A stretch of 56,598 bases of DNA from a virus (Duplodnaviria; Caudoviricetes), in IMG/VR virus record IMGVR_UViG_3300030101_003030, positions 1 through 56,598 of that record; one strand, given 5' to 3'. Below, in pieces: positions 8,579-15,657 of this stretch; the first letter of the stretch is position 1, and each line of letters starts with the position of its first letter. The position numbers were made by a program, and so were the translations under genes. The notes below the pieces were generated by a model, which was given only the letters and a program-made list of their open reading frames with translations, was not told where the DNA came from and searched no databases.

Positions 8579-8645
8579 GTCCTAATAATTTATCGTGTTT
8601 CACTTTGCTTACTCTCATCAAGGTTTTTCAGCTACCTCCTATTAT

Positions 8646-8674
8646 TATAACGTGCATATTACACTTTTGTTACA
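8646..8674 (-). promoter_or_regulatory. ECF-sigma-type promoter TGTAAC-N16-CGTTATA
   Basis: Three copies with identical spacing in the early arm. Confidence 0.65.
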
Positions 8675-8695
8675 CTTATTTTATTTATTTTTTAT

Positions 8696-8714
8696 ATTTA
8701 TAATCATTCTAAAT
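8696..8714. promoter_or_regulatory. 9-1-9 palindromic operator (Fur/PerR-like), ATTTATAAT-C-ATTCTAAAT
   Basis: One mismatch from the perfect copy at 12143-12161; 21 nt upstream of promoter. Confidence 0.55.
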
Positions 8715-8724
8715 AAGGTTTGTA

Positions 8725-8862
8725 TTAATATAGTCCTATTCCTTTTATTGTTCTACAATCATCATCATATAATACAATCCATTTATAATTTATACTTATA
8801 TCCAATGTATCATAGTTTATTAATTCAATCCATTTGTTTTGTTGGTGCTTATAAAATTTCAT
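8725..8862 (-). CDS. Small hypothetical protein (45 aa, MKFYKHQQNKW...)
   Basis: Hand-translated; A-rich start. Confidence 0.55.
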   Translation of the reverse strand: MKFYKHQQNKWIELINYDTLDISINYKWIVLYDDDCRTIKGIGLY

Positions 8863-8867
8863 CTTTT

Positions 8868-8948
8868 TTATTTTAGATCTTTTTCGTTTAGTTTATATTG
8901 CATACATAATAATATGCTTATCAGTATTGTTGTTGCTATTGTGTTCAT
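8868..8948 (-). CDS. Hydrophobic micro-ORF (26 aa)
   Basis: MNTIATTILISILLCMQYK...; coupled to upstream stop. Confidence 0.45.
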   Translation of the reverse strand: MNTIATTILISILLCMQYKLNEKDLK

Positions 8949-8949
8949 T

Positions 8950-9132
8950 TTATTTGTTTTTAGTTATTGTATTATAATTATTATCTATCCATTTTTTTAC
9001 GTCTATGAATCTGAAATTTTGTTCATTAACCAATGCCTTTATTATTTCCTTTTTTGACATTCTTTCTTGTGTTTTAATATACCATTTTGATATACGAATT
9101 GCTTTTAAATTAAATTTATTTTTTGCTTTCAT
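8950..9132 (-). CDS. Hypothetical basic early protein
   Basis: Junction motif A at start. Confidence 0.7.
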   Translation of the reverse strand: MKAKNKFNLKAIRISKWYIKTQERMSKKEIIKALVNEQNFRFIDVKKWIDNNYNTITKNK

Positions 9133-9133
9133 C

Positions 9134-9352
9134 TTATTTTATTTTAGTTAATGTTTTTTTATTATAATCTAGTTCTTTTATTGCTCCAATATATATATCC
9201 CCTTTATCATCATCATCATCAAACCATTCATTGAGAGTACAAATCACATCTTCAATTAATAAATCACATGATTTTATTCTTTGTATCAAAAGTTCATTTT
9301 CTTTTTTTAACTGCTTTATTACATCATTTAACTTTTCTATATCTTTTGTCAT
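9134..9352 (-). CDS. Hypothetical early protein (ends TKIK*)
   Basis: Motif A at both ends. Confidence 0.75.
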   Translation of the reverse strand: MTKDIEKLNDVIKQLKKENELLIQRIKSCDLLIEDVICTLNEWFDDDDDKGDIYIGAIKELDYNKKTLTKIK

Positions 9353-9358
9353 CTTATT

Positions 9359-9523
9359 TTATTTTAAATTAAATTTTTGTTTATATCCCTCTTTTGTTAA
9401 CTGCATAATTATTTGACTTATACAATTGAAAGTATTTTCATCTTCTTTTTCTTGTTCAAATATTACAATTTCATCATTACGTATATCATATGAATAATTT
9501 CTTAATTTATTTTTAGTTTTCAT
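9359..9523 (-). CDS. Small hypothetical protein (54 aa, MKTKNKLRNY...)
   Basis: Hand-translated; motif A at start. Confidence 0.65.
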   Translation of the reverse strand: MKTKNKLRNYSYDIRNDEIVIFEQEKEDENTFNCISQIIMQLTKEGYKQKFNLK

Positions 9524-9524
9524 C

Positions 9525-9821
9525 TTATTTTATTTTAGTTAATTTTCCATCCCATAATTCACCATTTAAAAACCATTGAAAGTTTTTTTGTCTTATGCTT
9601 ACATTTGGCAAAGCATTTAGACGTTCTTTAGTGGTATTTGATTCCCATCCACAATTAGTTATAAATATCTCATTGTTTTCATTTAAAATTGCTATTGTAT
9701 TCCCGTGTAGTTCTAAATGGGTTTCATTATTATAATTGTTTAATGTTACTTCCATGTTTTGCTTTTTGAATTTCGTTCTGTTCAAAAATGCGTTGATTGA
9801 TTCTTCTGTTATTTTTCTCAT
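9525..9821 (-). CDS. Conserved-looking phage early protein (LHGNTIA...GW.SNTTKERLNAL)
   Basis: Motif recalled from other phage early genes; ends TKIK*. Confidence 0.85.
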   Translation of the reverse strand: MRKITEESINAFLNRTKFKKQNMEVTLNNYNNETHLELHGNTIAILNENNEIFITNCGWESNTTKERLNALPNVSIRQKNFQWFLNGELWDGKLTKIK

Positions 9822-9859
9822 TTTATTTTATTTTAGGTTTATTATTATAACGTTCTTAA

Positions 9860-10102
9860 TTAGTAATTATTGTGTAAATATTGGTAAATATCAAAATTAT
9901 ATATCTCCTCATCATTTTTATCATTTAGACTATATATGCTTAATGTATTTATAAATTCAAATACTATTTTTCTATTGTGGTAATTTAAAAATACTTCACA
10001 AATATTATCAATGCAGTTTATTAATTCATGTTTACAATTTACTTCTATTGCATGACAATAATGACTATTGTTTTTTATACACTCTTCTATTATCTTGTTC
10101 AT
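9860..10102 (-). CDS. Hypothetical early protein
   Basis: Hairpin plus AAAACCAAACAAGATG leader. Confidence 0.75.
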   Translation of the reverse strand: MNKIIEECIKNNSHYCHAIEVNCKHELINCIDNICEVFLNYHNRKIVFEFINTLSIYSLNDKNDEEIYNFDIYQYLHNNY

Positions 10103-10164
10103 CTTGTTTGGTTTTATGAGGGGGTTGCCCCCCTCGATTAATATTATTTTATTTTAGGTTATTA

Positions 10165-10389
10165 TTATCTGTTTTCGTACTCTTCAAAATCTAAACCGAT
10201 ACACTCGCAAAGGAATTGTTCTTCAAACCAAAACAAATCATTTATTTGTGTTTCTGTTGGTGGTTCTTGATGATAAATATCTTCTAAGATATATTCAATT
10301 TCTTTTAATTCAGTATATGTGAACTCATGTTCTTTTGCTCCACTCCAAAAATTGAAGTCTGTTAAATTTAATTCTGTTGTGTATTTCAT
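10165..10389 (-). CDS. Acidic early protein (start revised to 10389, MKYTTELN...)
   Basis: Hairpin-leader motif marks ATG 10389. Confidence 0.8.
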   Translation of the reverse strand: MKYTTELNLTDFNFWSGAKEHEFTYTELKEIEYILEDIYHQEPPTETQINDLFWFEEQFLCECIGLDFEEYENR

Positions 10390-10439
10390 CTTGTTTGGTT
10401 TTGTGAGGGGCAAAAGCCCCTCTGATTAATTAATTTTTT

Positions 10440-10670
10440 TTAGCAGAATATATAGTGTAGTTGTTTGTATCCTTTTAATAAACTTCTACATGCTTTGACT
10501 TGATTATATAAGTCATCAAATAATTCTTCGTGGTCATCACTTTCTTCATAGTATCCTTCCAAGTCCCAATACATTGAATCGTGCAAGTTGTCATTATACT
10601 CCATTAGTTCATCTTTTAATTCTGCATACTCATTGTATAGCTTTATAAAATTATTTGCTGTGTTTTTCAT
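10440..10670 (-). CDS. Acidic early protein
   Basis: Hairpin leader. Confidence 0.75.
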   Translation of the reverse strand: MKNTANNFIKLYNEYAELKDELMEYNDNLHDSMYWDLEGYYEESDDHEELFDDLYNQVKACRSLLKGYKQLHYIFC

Positions 10671-10709
10671 ATTGTTAGGTTTTGTGAGGGGATTGCTCCC
10701 CTCTAGTTG

Positions 10710-10925
10710 TTATATATTTTCTATATTTATGTTTATAGATAATGAATTTTGAATTAATGTTTTGTTGATGACTTCAATTAAAACTTCGTTTAAAAGCGTG
10801 TCAATGTCGCCTAAACCCGACCAATTATTTTCTTTTTTAATTTGAGTATTAATATTTTCATTCTCAATAATTTTATTTAGTTTATTTACTAAAAATTCTC
10901 TTTGTAATTGTGTTAATTCTTTCAT
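10710..10925 (-). CDS. Hypothetical early protein
   Basis: Motif A at start. Confidence 0.7.
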   Translation of the reverse strand: MKELTQLQREFLVNKLNKIIENENINTQIKKENNWSGLGDIDTLLNEVLIEVINKTLIQNSLSININIENI

Positions 10926-10931
10926 CTTATT

Positions 10932-11324
10932 TTATTTTATGGTTAATCCTTTTAATTTTACTATGCTAATATTATTTATTAAATACTCTTTAATTTGCTC
11001 AAAATTTGTGCATTGTGGCGTGTTTATTTGTTTTTCACCTTTCAATGCTAACTTGTTTAATTCAGGTGCAAACTTATGTATTTCAATGCCTATTATTAAA
11101 GAGTTAAATTTTTTGCTGTTTACAAATGTTTTTTTCTCTTGTTTCTCTTGTTCTAAAATACTTTGTTTAGCAAAGTCAAATTTTAAAACTTTTTCAATAT
11201 CAATATTATTTAATCTGTTAATATTTTTATTGTATTCATCAAGTATCATTTTATTGGTAATATTCTTTTTAAAAATACTTGGGGCTTCATTTAACTTTTT
11301 TTCTATAAATTTTATTCTGTTCAT
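10932..11324 (-). CDS. Hypothetical early protein
   Basis: Motif A at start. Confidence 0.75.
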   Translation of the reverse strand: MNRIKFIEKKLNEAPSIFKKNITNKMILDEYNKNINRLNNIDIEKVLKFDFAKQSILEQEKQEKKTFVNSKKFNSLIIGIEIHKFAPELNKLALKGEKQINTPQCTNFEQIKEYLINNISIVKLKGLTIK

Positions 11325-11325
11325 C

Positions 11326-11460
11326 TTATTTTATTTTAAGTTTTAATTCAATTTTATATTTTATTCTTGTTAGAAAGTATTTTAATTTACTTTCGCTTTC
11401 GTCTTTTAAAATATTGTGTTTATCAGTTGAGATAAAGTATTTTAATTGTTCCTTTGTCAT
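11326..11460 (-). CDS. Small hypothetical protein (44 aa, ends LKIK*)
   Basis: Hand-translated; AAAACCAAATAAGATG leader. Confidence 0.6.
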   Translation of the reverse strand: MTKEQLKYFISTDKHNILKDESESKLKYFLTRIKYKIELKLKIK

Positions 11461-11479
11461 CTTATTTGGTTTTAGGTTA

Positions 11480-11821
11480 TTAAAATTTTATTTCTATTTG
11501 TTCACTATTCATTATTATTTCAGCAATACAATTAAAGTATTTATCTGATGTTGCACACTCACACACATTTTTATTGTCTATCATTTCAGTTGCATACATT
11601 AAGTTAATAATATCAAAGTATGTGAAAGGAATTTTAATGCATGAGGGTAAACCTTGCAACCATTGCACAATAGACTTTTTTAATCCTATTCGAGTAACCA
11701 TAAAGCCGTATTCACGCCTAAAAATGTTTAATACTTCGTTTAGTGGTGTTTCACTTTCAATATTATAAGGCTCTAAATCTACAAGGCCTATAATGTGGTT
11801 TTTAAATTCGTTTGTCATCAT
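11480..11821 (-). CDS. Hypothetical early protein (WLQGLPS motif)
   Basis: Motif A at start. Confidence 0.8.
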   Translation of the reverse strand: MMTNEFKNHIIGLVDLEPYNIESETPLNEVLNIFRREYGFMVTRIGLKKSIVQWLQGLPSCIKIPFTYFDIINLMYATEMIDNKNVCECATSDKYFNCIAEIIMNSEQIEIKF

Positions 11822-11844
11822 CTTATTTTATTTTAAGTTATTTG

Positions 11845-12015
11845 TTATTTTATATTTAATAATCTGCCTTTATATAAAAGAAAGTCATTATCTAAATTAT
11901 TTATTGCGTTTATTTCTTCTTTTGTGTAATGTAAATGATAAGATTTACTTTTATTGTGGTCAATCATATCTTGTTTTAACGCCTTTTTAATTCTTTCTAT
12001 TAGTTCGTTTTTCAT
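11845..12015 (-). CDS. First gene of early arm (56 aa, MKNELIERIKK...)
   Basis: Hand-translated; downstream of promoters at 12047-12089. Confidence 0.65.
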   Translation of the reverse strand: MKNELIERIKKALKQDMIDHNKSKSYHLHYTKEEINAINNLDNDFLLYKGRLLNIK

Positions 12016-12046
12016 ATCGTTTAATATTTAATTAATTATTGTTTAA

Positions 12047-12089
12047 CAAATGTATATTATTAGAACGACATAAAAGCACTTTTGTTTCA
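12047..12089 (-). promoter_or_regulatory. Early-arm promoter: TGAAAC-N16-CGTTCTA (ECF-type) plus adjacent TACATTTG (-7 type)
   Basis: gtttca 12084-12089, aacg 12064-12067, caaatgta 12047-12054. Confidence 0.6.
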
Positions 12090-12142
12090 TTTTTTTTTAA
12101 ACTTTTTTATAAGTTATTAGTTATCAGTATGTTATGAACTAA

Positions 12143-12161
12143 ATTTAGAATCATTCTAAAT
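12143..12161. promoter_or_regulatory. Perfect 9-1-9 palindrome ATTTAGAAT-C-ATTCTAAAT (Fur/PerR-like)
   Basis: Direct reading; second copy at 8696-8714. Confidence 0.6.
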
Positions 12162-12266
12162 AAGATATTACTATTATCCTGTATTATTTGGGGCTTGATT
12201 GTTTACTGATTCGTGAGGGGTTGCTGTTATTATCCTCCTTCTCTCATTGTCTGTAACAAGTGGATA

Positions 12267-12309
12267 GGGTACGGGAATACGGGACGGGGGAACGGGGGAC
12301 GGGGATGGG
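12267..12309 (+). repeat. G-run array (ACGGG repeats) with G-quadruplex potential in the divergent intergenic region
   Basis: Seven runs of at least 3 G in 43 nt of an AT-rich genome. Confidence 0.75.
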
Positions 12310-12542
12310 AGCAACGGAAACAAGGAGAGCGAAGAACGGACACCATACAACAAGGACACCAAGAAGAAGAACAAGAGCATCCCGATACAAAAAGCCAAAA
12401 AAATCCACCTAGCACCACGAGAACAACACCCCCCCCTATCAAAAATAAATCACTTTGGGTTTGCAAAATTTTTACGTGTAGCCATATATAACCCAAACAC
12501 TCAGTATATCTAAAAAGATTTGTTTAATTAAAAAATTATTAT

Positions 12543-12550
12543 TATATTTG
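12543..12550 (+). promoter_or_regulatory. Bacteroidota housekeeping -7 element TATATTTG; further TAnnTTTG copies at 13021, 15321, 16051, 18589, 19519, 24408, 26922, 30381, 30768, 39709 (+) and 15333-15340, 53053-53060 (-)
   Basis: Each sits shortly upstream of a start codon and matches the TAnnTTTG consensus. Confidence 0.8.
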
Positions 12551-12566
12551 TAAAAAGACTTTTATT

Positions 12567-12764
12567 ATGAAAGATTATGTAGACGGATTATACGTAAAGG
12601 ATGGCAGATTAATTAATGATCGTCCTGATGGTATAAGTGGAATAGAGCAGGCTGCTATGATCAGACGTTCTGTAAAGAAAGCTATAAAAGTAGAAGAGAT
12701 TTCTCAAGGCATTCAAAAGGCTGAGGCAATGAAAATGATTGAGAAGAATATAAAAAGATTCTAA
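12567..12764 (+). CDS. Hypothetical protein
   Basis: Has its own promoter and terminator. Confidence 0.8.
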   Translation: MKDYVDGLYVKDGRLINDRPDGISGIEQAAMIRRSVKKAIKVEEISQGIQKAEAMKMIEKNIKRF

Positions 12765-12788
12765 CAACGATGTCCTAATATGTTGTTC

Positions 12789-12822
12789 AAAGGGTTACCC
12801 GAAACGGTAGCCCTTTATTTTT
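12789..12822 (+). terminator. Intrinsic terminator
   Basis: AAAGGGTTACC/GGTAGCCCTTT stem followed by ATTTTT. Confidence 0.85.
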
Positions 12823-13001
12823 GGTGTTAATTTTTATTTTAATGGTGTTGATTTGGTGTTGATTATTTATAGCTAACTACTTGATTATCAGTAGTGGTGT
12901 TAATAATGTTGATTTTTAAGCCTCGTATGTAGAAATAAAAAATAGAAGTAATAGGAATATATATATAGTATAGGAACACCATTTTTCAACACCTCAACAC
13001 C
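12823..13001. other. Origin-like element B
   Basis: GGTGTT(G/A)AT iterons, IHF consensus on minus (12874-12886), AT-rich core, inverted TCAACACCTCAACACC; same layout as 1997-2160. Confidence 0.6.
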
Positions 13002-13050
13002 TTGAGTATATTTTTTTTTCTATCTTTGTGTAAATTAAATTTAATACAAT

Positions 13051-14658
13051 ATGAATCAACAACAAGGATACTCTCCTAAAGATCTAAACTTTGGAGAGAT
13101 AGGACGTAATAAGTTAAAGAGTGGTATCACTAAAATTTCAGAAGCAGTAAAGAGTACCTTAGGACCTAGGGGTAATACTGTGCTTATTGAATCGCCACAG
13201 CACACCTCAAGCATAACAGTTACTAAAGATGGTGTTACTGTAGCTAAGGCTGTTGATCTAATGGATCCGGTGGAGAACTTAGCGGTCAAGATGATGAAGC
13301 AAGCTGCGGATAAGACCGCAAGTGTTGCAGGAGATGGAACGACTACAGCTATAGTATTAACTGAGGCTATTGTGAAGGCAGGTGATGAGTTTATGAGTGA
13401 TGATCACAATAGAACTGAGGTATTAAGGGAATTGAACAGAACGAAAGATTATATTGTTGAGTCCCTGCAGAAAGACTCACAAGAGTTGAGCACGAAAAAG
13501 TTACAAGATGTAGCCACTCTATCAGCGAACAATGATAGTTTTATAGGTGAGTTGATAGCAAAGACATATAGTGAAGTGGGTAAGGATGGCATAGTAACGG
13601 TTGAGAAATCACAGAGTGCTGACACTTACTATGAGAGTACGAATGGTTTAAAAGTAGATAGAGGATATTCATCTGAGTTGTTTATTAACAATCACAAAAA
13701 GGATGAGTGTATATTTGATGATGTTAGGATCTTAACATCAGATGCTGAGATAAGTAATGTCTTACAGATTGAGGCGGTATTGAAACCAATCATATCAGAC
13801 GGGAAGAAGTTATTGATCATTGCACCTTGTTCACAGAACGTGATTAATACACTAGCTGCCAATGTGATGAAGAACAATTTAAAGATATGTGTAATACAGC
13901 CACCTAACTTTGGATACAAGCAGCATGAGCTGATGAGTGATATTGCTGTGGCTGTAGGGGGGAAATATTTCTCAGAGAAGACAGGCGATGATCTGAGTTT
14001 AATTAACTTTGGTGACTTGGGTTATGCATCAAGAGTGATAGTGGGTAGGAACTCATCGGTTATCATCAAGGATGACAATCGTACTACTGAGGATGTACAG
14101 AAGAGAGTGGATGAGCTATGGGATGCTCACGCCATCACAGAGAAGAAACAAGACAAGGAATTTGTGCTGTCGAGAATTGCCACCCTTACGGGCGGCATAG
14201 GTGTTATCCACGTTGGAGGCGATACTGACATACAACAAAAAGAGTTGTATGATAGAGTTGATGATGCTGTATGTGCAGTACGCTCTGCACTTGAAGATGG
14301 TATATTACCGGGAGGTGGCGTTTCATTATTACACTACGCTGACTACTACAAGAACAAACATTCAAATGATAAGAATAAAAATGTAGCATATCAGATAATG
14401 GCTCAGGCATTAACAGCACCTGCTACGCAGATCCTAGCTAATGCAGGAAAAGATGTAAAGAAGATATACAAGCACCTGCCTCCTGTCAATCATGGGTATG
14501 ATGTGAAAAAAGAACAAAATGGAAACTTAATTGAGATGGGGGTAGTTGATCCGACAAAGGTTACAAAGAACGCACTGATCAATGCAATGTCAGTAGCTAC
14601 AACCATACTAAGTACAAATGCAATAATCACAATGGCACGCAGTTATGAAACCAATTAA
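13051..14658 (+). CDS. groEL: Chaperonin GroEL (Cpn60)
   Basis: TLGPRG, TKDGVTVAK, AGDGTTTA, DRVDDA, GILPGGG, GVVDPTKV. Confidence 0.98.
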   Translation: MNQQQGYSPKDLNFGEIGRNKLKSGITKISEAVKSTLGPRGNTVLIESPQHTSSITVTKDGVTVAKAVDLMDPVENLAVKMMKQAADKTASVAGDGTTTAIVLTEAIVKAGDEFMSDDHNRTEVLRELNRTKDYIVESLQKDSQELSTKKLQDVATLSANNDSFIGELIAKTYSEVGKDGIVTVEKSQSADTYYESTNGLKVDRGYSSELFINNHKKDECIFDDVRILTSDAEISNVLQIEAVLKPIISDGKKLLIIAPCSQNVINTLAANVMKNNLKICVIQPPNFGYKQHELMSDIAVAVGGKYFSEKTGDDLSLINFGDLGYASRVIVGRNSSVIIKDDNRTTEDVQKRVDELWDAHAITEKKQDKEFVLSRIATLTGGIGVIHVGGDTDIQQKELYDRVDDAVCAVRSALEDGILPGGGVSLLHYADYYKNKHSNDKNKNVAYQIMAQALTAPATQILANAGKDVKKIYKHLPPVNHGYDVKKEQNGNLIEMGVVDPTKVTKNALINAMSVATTILSTNAIITMARSYETN

Positions 14659-14902
14659 TAAATACATTATCGTAAAGGGGATTGATGAGGAGATGAAAAC
14701 AGACTCGGGACTATTGTTATCAGCCGAGGATGTAAATTTGTTTAGATACAAAAAGGGCGAGGTAATAAAACCGGGCACTGAGGTTCATGACATAAATGAG
14801 GGTGATGTGATATACTATGACAAGAGGGCAGGTCACTCAATGCTTATTGATGACAAGCCGGTTACTATTATTCTTGAGAGGGACGTTGTCGTAGTCGTCT
14901 AA
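14645..14902 (+). CDS. groES: Co-chaperonin GroES (Cpn10)
   Basis: KPINKYIIV...KTDSGLLL...GEVIKPG...EGDVIYY...ERDVV. Confidence 0.93.
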   Translation: MKPINKYIIVKGIDEEMKTDSGLLLSAEDVNLFRYKKGEVIKPGTEVHDINEGDVIYYDKRAGHSMLIDDKPVTIILERDVVVVV

Positions 14903-15305
14903 ACTCATTCATCTTTATGATCATATTGCGATATGTCTTATCGGTATATCGCACATTCTTTTTGAAGAGGGGATTAGTTTGGGGATCAACTGACAGTTCA
15001 GCACCACTCAGTTTGTTATATATATCAGTGAGTAATTTCTGTGACTTGTAGGTTAGCTTGTATATTGTCTCATGTTTTCTTGGTCTTTTAGAGAATACTT
15101 CTAGCCAACCATTAGCTAGAAGATATGTAAAGCGTTTTTTATTCCATGAGACAAGTTGGTTAAACTCATCAAACTTCTTTTTAGTAAAATACTTTTCTGA
15201 CTTGAGGAACAGAAGCATATCAAGGTCTGCTGCTTTCATGTCGTGCTTACGGAGGTAGTAATACTTAATTACTCTCCAATACTTGAGGTAGTCGTTATCA
15301 TGCAT
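14868..15305 (-). CDS. Putative winged-helix DNA-binding protein
   Basis: DLDMLLFL...LLANGWLEV...YKLTYKSQKL pattern; own TAACTTTG promoter. Confidence 0.6.
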   Translation of the reverse strand: MHDNDYLKYWRVIKYYYLRKHDMKAADLDMLLFLKSEKYFTKKKFDEFNQLVSWNKKRFTYLLANGWLEVFSKRPRKHETIYKLTYKSQKLLTDIYNKLSGAELSVDPQTNPLFKKNVRYTDKTYRNMIIKMNEFRRLRQRPSQE

Positions 15306-15369
15306 TAAATTTAATTTTATTATCTTTGCTTACAAAGTTAACTAATTGTACAATTAAAAAAAAGAAACG

Positions 15370-15657
15370 ATGGCAACATTAAAAAGTCAAAAAATGGTGA
15401 GAGGTAGAGACCTCAAGACACCACTAGCAGCATCCACAATGGATAAGAAAAGTAACGGTAAAAAAGGAGGGCCGGGAGATCCACCTAAGAAAAATAAAAA
15501 GGGTGAAATTAACATTAAAATTGCAAGAGATCCAAAGAGACCAAGCCTATATACAAACGCTTCTTTTACTCAAGCTCAGATTGATAGAGCTATACAAAAA
15601 GGCGTATTAAAAAAGGGGCAAGGGAATCGATATATGATGATTAAAAAGAAAAATTAA
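15370..15657 (+). CDS. Small basic protein
   Basis: K-rich ORF after promoter 15321. Confidence 0.75.
   Translation: MATLKSQKMVRGRDLKTPLAASTMDKKSNGKKGGPGDPPKKNKKGEINIKIARDPKRPSLYTNASFTQAQIDRAIQKGVLKKGQGNRYMMIKKKN

Larger units (their letters stand above)
10118..10703 (-). repeat. Three GAGGGG(N)-tetraloop-(N)CCCCTC hairpins ~15 nt before start codons (10118-10135, 10405-10422, 10686-10703)
   Basis: Perfect 7-bp stems with GCAA/TTTT/GCAA loops on minus; related hairpin at 8413-8432. Confidence 0.85.
9130..11834 (-). repeat. Dispersed junction repeat family A, AAAATAAAATAAGATG, 6 exact copies plus variants
   Basis: At starts 9132, 9352, 9523, 10925, 11324, 11821; variants at 9821 and 11460. 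Confidence 0.9.

Noticed and set aside
8590-8640. Hammerhead ribozyme (TGATGA...GAAAC on minus)
   Set aside because: Core reads TTGATGA rather than CTGANGA, there is no proper stem II, and no GUH/stem III partner
5654-11834. CRISPR array or integron attC sites
   Set aside because: Repeats are ~16 nt, separated by whole genes and non-palindromic; no cas or integrase gene
12040-12067. dif-like XerCD site (GTTTAACAAA-TGTATA-TTATTAGAAC)
   Set aside because: XerD-like arm is one base short and the sequence is explained by overlapping promoter elements
12174-12496. Three overlapping ORFs in the divergent region
   Set aside because: Low-complexity products of the G/purine-skewed tract, without good starts
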